The position numbers were made by a program, and so were the translations under genes. Shown in pieces: positions 37,020 to 47,514 of a stretch of 64,000 nucleotides of DNA. Where the stretch lies: positions 74,459-138,458 of the forward strand of contig JAUXYA010000034.1 in NCBI GenBank assembly GCA_030684405.1. The letters are read 5' to 3'. The notes under the pieces were generated by a model that was not told the DNA's origin, made no database searches, and saw only the letters and a program-made list of their open reading frames with translations. How positions within the stretch are numbered: the first letter of the stretch is position 1; each line of letters begins with the position of its first letter. This DNA comes from Burkholderiales bacterium. Its GTDB lineage: Bacteria; Pseudomonadota; Gammaproteobacteria; Burkholderiales; SG8-41.

Positions 37020-39341
37020 TCAATCTTCCAGCGGCCTGCCCGCATTTGCACGCAAGCCGCGATACACCGCTTCGGCGGTCAGCGGCAGGCTGGTCAGGCG
37101 CACGCCCACCGCGTCGTCGATCGCACTGGCAATCGCCGGCGACACGCCGAAGGTGCCGCTCTCGCCGACGCCCTTGGCGCCAAAGGGACCGGATTTTTGA
37201 ACCATGTCGACGGCCTCGTTTTCCATCACCGCCGGCACGTCGCGGATTCCCGGGATCTTGTAGTCGGCGAGCGATGCATTGGTGACCTGTCCAGCGTCGA
37301 ACTCCATGCGCTCGGACAACGTGAAGCCAAGCTGCATCAGGGTCGCCCCGGAAATCTGCGTCTCTACGATCGCCGGATTCACCGGACGGCCGACGTCGAC
37401 AATATTGACCAGGCGCGTGACCTTGAACTCGCCGGTTTCGGTGTCGACCTCGACCTCGGCACCGGTGGCGCCAATCATCCAGAACGGTGTCGCATCAGGC
37501 GTCTGGCCGGTGCCCGGCTCCGGCGGCGTGTACGGCGGGATGAAGCTGCCGACGCCAACGATGTTGCCAGCCTGCATGCCGTACTTCTTGCGGAAGATGT
37601 CGGGAATCGGCGTCGTCTCCGCAGACAGGCCAACTTCCTGCGCCAGCGCGACCAGCTTGTCGCGGGCATCTTCGGCGGCGAGCTTCGCCGCGTGGCCCAT
37701 GTGGTAAGTCGAGCGCGAGCCCAGCGTCGCCATGTCGTAGGGCGTGACGTCGGTATCGGGATGCACCAGCGTCACGGCCTCGACGGGTATGCCCAGCGCC
37801 TCGGCGACAATCTGAGCCATCGCGGTATCCGAGCCCTGCCCCATGTCCACCGTGCTGCAGTTGACCATCACGCTGCCGTCGGCGCTGACGTTGACGATCG
37901 CCACCGAAGTCGTCGGCGAGATGCTCGCCTTGAAACCGATGGCGATACCACGGCCGCGGCGGATGGTGCCCTTGTCGTTATCTGAACCCTCGTGGTCAAA
38001 GGCTTTCTCCCACTGCATGCGCCGGGCGAGACGTTCGAGCACCTGTTCGATGCCGGCATCACGCATCAGGGTGCCGGTGGCCTGCGGCCGGCCCTCGCGC
38101 AGGATGTTTTTCCGGCGGATCGCCAGCGGATCGATGTTCAGCGCCTTCGCGATCATGTCGGTGTGACTCTCATAGGCCCACACCAGCTGCGGAATGCCGA
38201 AGCCGCGCAGCGCACCCGCAGCCGGCAGGTTCGTATAGAGCGCATAAGAGTCGATGGACACATGATCGATGTCGTACGGCCCCGGCGCGGTGAAGCCGGA
38301 TTTCTGCGTCACCCGCGGGCCGATGTCGGCGTAGGCGCCGCCGTTCCACCACACCTCGCACTCGCGGGCGAGGATTTTGCCGTCCCTCGACACGCCGCTT
38401 TTTATGCGCAAGGTCGCCGCGTGTTTGGTGATCTGGTAGAACTGCTCTTCCATGGTCAGTGAAATTTTGACCGGCCGGCCGGCGAGCAGTGCCGCGATGG
38501 CAACCAGTGCCTCGAGCTTGATGTAGAGCTTGGCGCCGAAGCCGCCGCCGAGGTACGGCACTTTCACCCGCACCCGGTTTTCGGGCCAGCCGAGCAGGCG
38601 CGCGATCTCGATGCGCACAAAGGACGGGCTCTGCGATGCGGTGTGGATCACCAGCTGGTTCGGCGTCGGGTCGGCAACGGTGACAAAAGGCTCCAGCGGC
38701 ACATGCAGCACCTGCTGGGTGCGGAAAGTGTGCTCGAACACATGGTCGGCTGCAGCAAAGGCTTTCTGTGCGTCGCCGCGTCGCAGGTGGAAATCGAGCG
38801 CGATGTTGGTGTCGCGCTTGCCCTTCAGGTGTTTCAGGTCCGGGAAAGTACCGGCGGGTTTAAGTACCTCGTGCACCACCGCCTTCGAGGTCATAGCCTC
38901 GATTTCGTCAAACACCGCCGGCAGTTCCTCGTAATCGGCGGAAATCATCTGCACCGCCGCTTCGGCGACATGCGGGTCGGCGGCCAGCACCAGCGCCACC
39001 GGTTCGCCGACGTGACGCACCTTGTCGATCGCCAACACCGGCTGGTCGTGGAAAGCCGGGCCGTAATGCGGATCCGGCACCAGTTTCATGATGTCGGCAG
39101 CGGTGTAGACCGCATGCACGCCGGGCAGCATGCGCGCCGCGGACACGTCAACACCCTTGATCCGCGCATGCGCAACCGTGCTGCGATACACCTTGCCATA
39201 GAGCATGCCCGGCAGGCGCAGGTTGTGCACATACTCGGCCTTGCCGGTAACCTTGGCGCGTGCCTCGACGCGCGGAATCGAGCGCCCTACCGACTCGAAT
39301 GAGGAAGCGCCGCTGTTGTTCTTGCCCAATGTCGTTGCCAA
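37020..39341 (-). CDS. Xanthine dehydrogenase-family molybdopterin-binding large subunit
   Basis: KVTGKAEY, GGGFGAK, ALRGFG, DMGQG, GAKGVGE; TTG start after GGAG inferred. Confidence 0.92.
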   Translation of the reverse strand: MATTLGKNNSGASSFESVGRSIPRVEARAKVTGKAEYVHNLRLPGMLYGKVYRSTVAHARIKGVDVSAARMLPGVHAVYTAADIMKLVPDPHYGPAFHDQPVLAIDKVRHVGEPVALVLAADPHVAEAAVQMISADYEELPAVFDEIEAMTSKAVVHEVLKPAGTFPDLKHLKGKRDTNIALDFHLRRGDAQKAFAAADHVFEHTFRTQQVLHVPLEPFVTVADPTPNQLVIHTASQSPSFVRIEIARLLGWPENRVRVKVPYLGGGFGAKLYIKLEALVAIAALLAGRPVKISLTMEEQFYQITKHAATLRIKSGVSRDGKILARECEVWWNGGAYADIGPRVTQKSGFTAPGPYDIDHVSIDSYALYTNLPAAGALRGFGIPQLVWAYESHTDMIAKALNIDPLAIRRKNILREGRPQATGTLMRDAGIEQVLERLARRMQWEKAFDHEGSDNDKGTIRRGRGIAIGFKASISPTTSVAIVNVSADGSVMVNCSTVDMGQGSDTAMAQIVAEALGIPVEAVTLVHPDTDVTPYDMATLGSRSTYHMGHAAKLAAEDARDKLVALAQEVGLSAETTPIPDIFRKKYGMQAGNIVGVGSFIPPYTPPEPGTGQTPDATPFWMIGATGAEVEVDTETGEFKVTRLVNIVDVGRPVNPAIVETQISGATLMQLGFTLSERMEFDAGQVTNASLADYKIPGIRDVPAVMENEAVDMVQKSGPFGAKGVGESGTFGVSPAIASAIDDAVGVRLTSLPLTAEAVYRGLRANAGRPLED

Positions 39342-39363
39342 ATTCTTTGCTCCCGGAATCGGA

Positions 39364-40221
39364 TCAGGCGGCCAGCGCCTTGCGCAGCGCGCGGCCGGCA
39401 TGCACGCGCAGCAGTTCGGTTTTATAGGCGGCTGAGCCACGGGCATCGCCGACCAGTTCGGCTTCTGCCGCTGCGGCCTCGCCCGCTCTCGCCAGCAGCG
39501 CGTCATCGACGGTTGCGCCATTGAGCACTGCCTCGACGGAGGCCAGGCGCAGCGGCTTCTCGGTGGCCGCGCTGACCACGAAACGCGCATCAGTCAGCAC
39601 TTTTCCGTCGGTCACAAACGACACCGCAATACCCAGCGTCGGCCAATCGTCTGCACCGCGCGTGGTCAGCTTGACGTAGGCAGCCCGGCGGCCCGCCCGC
39701 GCCGGCACCACCACCTCACTGATCAGTTCGTTGCGCGCCAGTGCGGTTTCGTAATAACCGGTGAAAAGATCGGCCACTGCCAGCGTGCGTGAACCCGCGG
39801 TCGCGGCAGTCACCACCTGCGCATCCAGCGCGATCAGCACCGGCGGCAAGTCCATGTGCGGATCGGCATGCGCGAGGTGGCCACCGAGCGTTGCCACGTT
39901 GCGCACACGCACATTGGACAGCGTGCGCAACGTGTCAACGATCACCGGCGCGCGTTTTTTGACGGCCGTGAAACGCCCCAGCGCACCCAGCGTCGTCAGG
40001 GCACCGATGCGCAGGCTGCCATCGCCGGCGGAAGTCACTTTCGAATAACGTGACTCGATGCCGCGCAGGCTGATCAGCCGCGTCGGCTGGAACACACCCG
40101 TCTTCATCATCAACATCAGCGCGGTGCAGCCGCCGAATACGCGCACCGACTCGTCACCGGCGTCGAGCAGCTTCACCGCCGACTTCAGCGTCCGCGGCTC
40201 GGCCAGTTCAAACGGGTTCAT
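39364..40221 (-). CDS. FAD-binding medium subunit (CoxM/XdhB-like)
   Basis: GGCTAL, LRIGALTT, RVRNVATLGG.LAHADP..D. Confidence 0.92.
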   Translation of the reverse strand: MNPFELAEPRTLKSAVKLLDAGDESVRVFGGCTALMLMMKTGVFQPTRLISLRGIESRYSKVTSAGDGSLRIGALTTLGALGRFTAVKKRAPVIVDTLRTLSNVRVRNVATLGGHLAHADPHMDLPPVLIALDAQVVTAATAGSRTLAVADLFTGYYETALARNELISEVVVPARAGRRAAYVKLTTRGADDWPTLGIAVSFVTDGKVLTDARFVVSAATEKPLRLASVEAVLNGATVDDALLARAGEAAAAEAELVGDARGSAAYKTELLRVHAGRALRKALAA

Positions 40222-40676
40222 GCCGCCCCCTGCGTCGCAGCGAAGGCCGCACCGAGGTTTTTCGCAAACTGTTTTTCCATGTCCTTCGCCTTGGCCTTGA
40301 GTACCGGCTGACCGATGCTGCCCAGCTTGCCGGTCAGCGCGGTGTCGATTTCATAATGGATCGTGGTGCCATTACCGGACTCGCTCAGCCATGTCGATGA
40401 TGTCGCGGTTAACCGCCCGACCAGCCCCATCGGGGCACCTTCGATTTTCGCGGCGATCAATTCCGGCGCCACGACCTCGGTCAGTTCGACGGTGACCTTG
40501 AACTTGAAAGTCATGTAGGCCACCTTGGTTTCCAGAACCGCGTCATAGCGTTTTTCGTCGAGCGGCACGAGGTCGCGTACGCCGTCGATGCAGGATGCAA
40601 AAAAGTGGATGTCCTGCAGTTTCGCAAACACCGCATCGCGCGGCGCGCCGACGGCAATCTCCCCGCTGAATTTCAT
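40218..40676 (-). CDS. CoxG/SRPBCC family protein
   Basis: ASCIDG, GKLGSIGQ; ATGA overlap with the FAD subunit gene. Confidence 0.85.
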   Translation of the reverse strand: MKFSGEIAVGAPRDAVFAKLQDIHFFASCIDGVRDLVPLDEKRYDAVLETKVAYMTFKFKVTVELTEVVAPELIAAKIEGAPMGLVGRLTATSSTWLSESGNGTTIHYEIDTALTGKLGSIGQPVLKAKAKDMEKQFAKNLGAAFAATQGAA

Positions 40677-40748
40677 GCCAGGACCGCTTCGTTAAAGCGT
40701 TCTAATGTAACGGCAGCACCCGCGAAAATCAATGAGCGGCAGTCCATG

Positions 40749-40784
40749 AAAAATCCCCCGGCACCTTGCGGCAACGGGGGATTT
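40749..40784 (-). terminator. Intrinsic terminator after the DEAD-box helicase gene
   Basis: AAATCCCCCG...CGGGGGATTT stem with a U-tract on the minus strand. Confidence 0.7.
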
Positions 40785-40821
40785 GCGGTGATGCGGAAAC
40801 GCCGCGCGGGCGTTCAGCCGC

Positions 40822-42096
40822 TCAGCGCGTACGGCCTGCAGCGGCGCTGCGCCGGCTGTCGGAACGGAAACCGCCGCGCCCCTGAGCATTGCGCGAGGGC
40901 GGCGCGCCACGGCGCGCACCGGGACGCTTGGCCCCGCCGTTGTCGGCGCGCAGCGGGCTCTTCGCCTCGAAGCCCGGCACACTCATGCGTTCGATCGCCT
41001 GACCGATGTAGCGCTCGATCTGCTTCAGCTGGCGCACGTCTTCAGACGAGGCAAAGGAGATCGCTTTACCCGAGGCGCCGGCGCGGCCAGTGCGGCCAAT
41101 ACGGTGCACATAATCCTCGGCCACTTTCGGCAGGTCGTAATTGATGACGTGGGTGATGGTGGCCACATCGATGCCGCGTGCGGCCACATCGGTTGCCACC
41201 AGCACACGCACCGCGCCGCTGCGCAGACGAGCCAGCGTGCGGTTGCGCTGCGACTGATTCATGTTGCCGTGAAGAGCGGCCGCCTCGTGGCCGCCGTGGA
41301 ACAGCTTGTCAGCCAGGCGGTCGGCGCCGTGTTTGGTTGCCGTGAACACAATCGCCTGGGACTGGCTTGCCTCGCGCAGCAGGTGGTCGAGCAGGCGATG
41401 CTTGTGGCTGCCGTCGTCAACGACATGCAGGAGCTGCTCGATGTTTTCGTGCTGTTCCTGTTTGCCCGCGACTTCGATCAGCTTCGGATCGCGCAGCAGT
41501 TCGCGGCCGAGCTTCGCGATGTTGCCGTCGAGGGTCGCCGAAAACATCATCGTCTGCCGCGTTGCCGGTGTTTTTGCGGCAATGCGCTTGACCGGCTCGA
41601 TGAAGCCCATGTCGAGCATGCGGTCAGCCTCGTCGAGGATCAGCAGTTCGAGGCGCGAAAAATCCACCTTGCCCTGGTCGATAAAGTCGATCAGCCGGCC
41701 CGGCGTTGCCACCAGCACGTCGAGCGACTGCTCGAGGAGCTTACGCTGTTTCGGATAGGGCATGCCGCCGAGCACCGTGCCGGTACGCATGTGGCGCATG
41801 AACTTGCAGTATTTGTCGACGGCGGCGGTGACTTGGGTCGCCAGTTCACGGGTCGGCGTCAGCACCAGCACGCGCGGGCCGCGGCCGTTCTTCACCGGCG
41901 CCAGCGCGAGGCGCTGCAGCGCCGGCAGCACGAAGGCCGCCGTTTTGCCGGTGCCGGTAGGTGCCGAGACCATCAGGTCGAAGCCGGTCAGCGCAACCGG
42001 TATGGATTGCGCCTGCACCGGCGTGGGTTCGGTGTAACCCGCAGCGGCCAGTGCCTGCACAAGGGCGGGATTCAGATTCAGTTCAGCAAAAGACAT
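40822..42096 (-). CDS. DEAD-box RNA helicase (RhlE-like)
   Basis: Q motif, TGTGKT, PTRELA, TPGR, DEAD, SAT, ARGID, HRIGRTGR; basic tail. Confidence 0.95.
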   Translation of the reverse strand: MSFAELNLNPALVQALAAAGYTEPTPVQAQSIPVALTGFDLMVSAPTGTGKTAAFVLPALQRLALAPVKNGRGPRVLVLTPTRELATQVTAAVDKYCKFMRHMRTGTVLGGMPYPKQRKLLEQSLDVLVATPGRLIDFIDQGKVDFSRLELLILDEADRMLDMGFIEPVKRIAAKTPATRQTMMFSATLDGNIAKLGRELLRDPKLIEVAGKQEQHENIEQLLHVVDDGSHKHRLLDHLLREASQSQAIVFTATKHGADRLADKLFHGGHEAAALHGNMNQSQRNRTLARLRSGAVRVLVATDVAARGIDVATITHVINYDLPKVAEDYVHRIGRTGRAGASGKAISFASSEDVRQLKQIERYIGQAIERMSVPGFEAKSPLRADNGGAKRPGARRGAPPSRNAQGRGGFRSDSRRSAAAGRTR

Positions 42097-42381
42097 GTCA
42101 TTACTTTCAAAAAGCACAACGGCTGAACGCCGCGCAACACGCTAGGCAGACGGAACAGTTCCGCTACCGCGCAACAGGCGGGTTCAGTAAAAAAGCGCTG
42201 GAAATGCCACTAGCTCTAAGGCGGAACCGCGAGGAATCGCGGCTGCGGCCACCGGCGCACGGGTATCGTCGCTAACCGTGGCGGAAGCAGCTATTCAGAA
42301 GAAGGGAGCTGAAAACGAAGGGGTCAGGGACAGATGCATCCTGCAGCGGAAAACAGCATCGGGCCGCTGCAAGGTGGGCGC

Positions 42382-42410
42382 ACTATACCCGCAAGTATCG
42401 GAAATTGCGA
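42382..42410 (-). promoter_or_regulatory. Putative sigma70 promoter with GC-rich discriminator for the helicase gene
   Basis: Minus strand reads TCGCAA-N17-TATAGT-GCGCCC. Confidence 0.45.
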
Positions 42411-42515
42411 GGTTTTTTCCTGCGGTGCAGCAGGGCAGCGCATGCAGGTGGCGAACGCACCTGCCCATTCGTCCAGAAAATTGCAGAATATTCAAGGCAA
42501 TAGAATCACCCCCCA

Positions 42516-42531
42516 TGCTACAATCCGCCCC
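42516..42531 (+). promoter_or_regulatory. Putative extended -10 promoter with GC-rich discriminator for typA
   Basis: TGcTACAAT-CCGCCCC. Confidence 0.5.
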
Positions 42532-42552
42532 TTTTTTGCAAGGCTCCATACC

Positions 42553-44394
<1,842 letters not shown>

Positions 44395-44406
44395 ACACGC
44401 GGTACG

Positions 44407-45285
44407 ATGCGCGGCGCAGCAGGCCTCGCCGTTCCGGCCCTGTTTGTGCTGCTGTGGAGTACCGGCTTCATCGGTGCGCGGCTGGGCATGCCCCATGCCG
44501 AGCCGCTGACCTTCCTCTCCCTGCGTTACGGCCTCGTGCTGGCCGTGATGCTGCCGCTCGCACTGCTGCTGCGCGTGCGCTGGCCGGCGAGCTGGCGCGA
44601 CGCGCGACATATCGCCGTCGCCGGGTTGCTGATCCAGGGCGGCTATCTCGGGGGTGTATTCTGCGCGATAGACGCCGGCATGTCGGCTGGCGTGGTCGCG
44701 CTGATCGTCGGCATGCAGCCCTTGCTGACTGCGGCCGCAGCGGGGCGCCTGCTCGGTGAACGCGTCTCGCCACTGCAGTGGGGCGGATTCGCACTGGGAC
44801 TTGCCGGCGTAGCTCTGGTGGTCTGGCACAGGATGTCGCTGCAGGGCATGAGCGCAAACAGCCTCGCCCTGGCGCTGTTCGCGCTGGCCGGCATCACGCT
44901 GGGTATGCTCTATCAGAAAAAATACTGCCCTTCCTTCGACTTGCGCGCCGGAGTGGTGCTGCAATTCGGCGCGGCGCTGCTGGTTACGCTACCCCTTGCG
45001 CTCGCGCTGGAGAGCCTGCGCGTCGAGTGGACCGGCGAATTCCTGTTCGCGCTCAGCTGGCTGTCATTGGTGCTGTCGGCGGGCGCCAGCACCATCCTGT
45101 TCCGACTGATCGAGCGCGGCGCAGCAACCCGCGTCACCAGCCTGTTTTATCTGACGCCAGCCGTGACGGCGGCGATGGCCTGGCTGATGTTCGGCGAAGC
45201 ACTCGGGGCCACCACGATTGCCGGCATGGCGGTGGCCGTTGCCGGAGTGGCGCTGGTCAATCGCGGCACGCTTAAAAGCGCCTAA
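44407..45285 (+). CDS. DMT/EamA family transporter
   Basis: LWSTGFIGAR, QPLLT, LLGERV, SLFYLTP. Confidence 0.88.
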   Translation: MRGAAGLAVPALFVLLWSTGFIGARLGMPHAEPLTFLSLRYGLVLAVMLPLALLLRVRWPASWRDARHIAVAGLLIQGGYLGGVFCAIDAGMSAGVVALIVGMQPLLTAAAAGRLLGERVSPLQWGGFALGLAGVALVVWHRMSLQGMSANSLALALFALAGITLGMLYQKKYCPSFDLRAGVVLQFGAALLVTLPLALALESLRVEWTGEFLFALSWLSLVLSAGASTILFRLIERGAATRVTSLFYLTPAVTAAMAWLMFGEALGATTIAGMAVAVAGVALVNRGTLKSA

Positions 45286-45347
45286 TGTTATGAACCGTAC
45301 GTACGTTCCACGACATAGGCGTTCTAAATCCCGACTGAACGGAACCG

Positions 45348-45755
45348 ATGACCATGAACGATATCCAACAGACTAATGAAACCCCTTACCAGATGCTCGG
45401 TGGCGCTGCCGGCGTGCGCCGCCTGGTTGACCGTTTCTACGCCCTGATGGACGAAGTACCCGAGTATCACGGCATCCGCAAACTGCATCCTGCAGACCTG
45501 TCGGTGTCCGCCGAAAAGCTCTATCTCTTCCTCTCAGGGTGGCTCGGCGGCCCGCCGCTTTATGTCGAGAAGCATGGCCACCCGATGTTGCGGGCGCGAC
45601 ACCTGCCTTTTTCGATCGGCATTGCCGAACGCGATGCCTGGCTCGCCTGCATGTTGCAGGCGATGGAAGACAGCGGAGTCGCGGAACCGCTGCGGACAGC
45701 GCTGCTCAAGGCCTTCTTCGGCACTGCGGACTGGATGCGCAACCGGGACGGATAA
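45348..45755 (+). CDS. Group II truncated hemoglobin
   Basis: LGG...VRRLVDRFY, WLGGPPLY..HGHPMLRARHLPF, RDAWL.CM. Confidence 0.92.
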   Translation: MTMNDIQQTNETPYQMLGGAAGVRRLVDRFYALMDEVPEYHGIRKLHPADLSVSAEKLYLFLSGWLGGPPLYVEKHGHPMLRARHLPFSIGIAERDAWLACMLQAMEDSGVAEPLRTALLKAFFGTADWMRNRDG

Positions 45756-47512
45756 TGAGCGGGATTCGCTACTCCGTACCGGTTGCGCTGCTGCTGGCGG
45801 CTCTCTCCTGGTACCCCATGCCAGCCTCCTCCGCAGAACCTGGCTGGCAGGTAGAACTCGACGCGCCGGAAGACATCCGCCCACTACTAGAGCAGCACCT
45901 CGAACTGTTCCGCTTCCAGAACCGCGAAGACCTCGACGAAGACATCGTCGCAAGACTTGCGGCGCGCGCGGGGGAGGACGCGCGCGCCCTGCTCGCAACT
46001 GCCGGTCATTTCTCCCCCGATATCCGTGTCGACAGCCGGCGCGAAGGCGCCTTTACCCTGCTGCTCATCGTGGTGCGGCCCGGCCCCCGGGCGACGGTTG
46101 CATCGACCGACGTGCGCGTAATTGGCGCAATCGTCAAAGAAAGCTCCGACGCCGGACGGCCCGAGCGCCTGAGCCGACGCTGGCGCCTGCGTCCGGGCAC
46201 AACATTCACACAGGCAGACTGGGATGGCGCCAAGGAAGCGCTGCTGCGCGACCTGCAACTCGATGGGTATCCCGCTGCGCGCATCAGCGCGAGCCGCGCC
46301 GAAGTCGATCCCGCGACCGCAGGCGTGGAGATAGCGGTCACCGTGGACAGCGGCCCGCTGTTCCGCTATGGCGAATTGCAGATCGAAGGACTGGAGCGTT
46401 ACCCGCGCGCTCTGGTCGACAACCTGCGCCGCTTCCACCCCGGACAGAGCTACCGCCATGAAGACCTCCTGCGCTACCAGTCCGCGCTGCAGAGCAGCGG
46501 CTTCTTCAGTAGTGCCTCGGTAGACATCGACAGCGATCCCGCCAATGCCGATGCCGCAACCGTGCGCGTGCTGGTCACGGAATATCCTGCGATGAAGATT
46601 GACCTCGGCGCCGGCATCAGCACCGACAACGGCCCGCGCGGCGAAGCCTCCTTTACCCGCTACAACACGTTCCGGCCCGGATGGCAAAGCATCACGCGGC
46701 TGCGCGCCGACTTCAAGGAACAGTCCCTCAACAGCGAACTTGCCCTGCTGCCCGAGCCAGGCGGCTGGCGCAACCGGTTCGGCGTCGAAGCCTCGCGCAG
46801 CGACATCGAGGACCTGTTGATCCGCCGTTTCGGCCTGATCGCCCAGCGCTCATGGCGCTCACCTGAGCGCGAGCTCGACTGGTCTTTGAAGCTCCAGACC
46901 GAGGAACAGGCGCCGACAGCCGGCCCCGTCGACAACATCGACGCACTGACGCTCAACTATTCCTGGACACGACGCCGCGTCGATGACCTGCTGCGACCGC
47001 GGCGCGGCCACATGATCAACCTGCAACTGGGCGGCGCGTCGGAGTCACTGCTATCCACCCGTTCCTTTACCCGCGCTTACGGCCGCGGCCTTTACATCCT
47101 GCCGCTGAGCCGCCGCGACCGGCTGCATCTGCGCGGCGAGGCAGGAGCCGTGTTTTCGGATGAGCGCAAAGGCATCCCCAGCGAATTCCTGTTCCGCGCC
47201 GGTGGCGACCAATCGGTCCGCGGATACGATTACCGGTCACTCGGCGTGCGCGAAGGCAGTGCCATTGTTGGCGGCCGCCTGCTCGCTGCGGCAACCCTGG
47301 AATATCAGCGCGACCTGACCCGCGAATGGGGCGCAGCCGTGTTTATCGATGCAGGCAATGCCGCCGACAAGCGCTCCGGGCTGCGGCCCGTTTACGGCTA
47401 CGGCTTCGGTGTACGCTGGATCACGCCGGCCGGCTCACTGAACCTGGACCTCGCGCGCGGCCATGAAACCGGGCAGTTTCGGATTCATTTCACGCTGGGC
47501 GCCCGCTTCTGA
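45755..47512 (+). CDS. tamA: Translocation and assembly module TamA (Omp85 family)
   Basis: Signal peptide, POTRA-like region, FRAGGDQSVRGY, C-terminal F; adjacent to tamB. Confidence 0.88.
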   Translation: MSGIRYSVPVALLLAALSWYPMPASSAEPGWQVELDAPEDIRPLLEQHLELFRFQNREDLDEDIVARLAARAGEDARALLATAGHFSPDIRVDSRREGAFTLLLIVVRPGPRATVASTDVRVIGAIVKESSDAGRPERLSRRWRLRPGTTFTQADWDGAKEALLRDLQLDGYPAARISASRAEVDPATAGVEIAVTVDSGPLFRYGELQIEGLERYPRALVDNLRRFHPGQSYRHEDLLRYQSALQSSGFFSSASVDIDSDPANADAATVRVLVTEYPAMKIDLGAGISTDNGPRGEASFTRYNTFRPGWQSITRLRADFKEQSLNSELALLPEPGGWRNRFGVEASRSDIEDLLIRRFGLIAQRSWRSPERELDWSLKLQTEEQAPTAGPVDNIDALTLNYSWTRRRVDDLLRPRRGHMINLQLGGASESLLSTRSFTRAYGRGLYILPLSRRDRLHLRGEAGAVFSDERKGIPSEFLFRAGGDQSVRGYDYRSLGVREGSAIVGGRLLAAATLEYQRDLTREWGAAVFIDAGNAADKRSGLRPVYGYGFGVRWITPAGSLNLDLARGHETGQFRIHFTLGARF

Positions 47513-47514
47513 CC

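Noticed and set aside
36330-40676. Aerobic CO dehydrogenase (cox) operon
   Set aside because: The large subunit lacks the AYxCSFR loop (it has ALRGFG) and coxDEF are absent.
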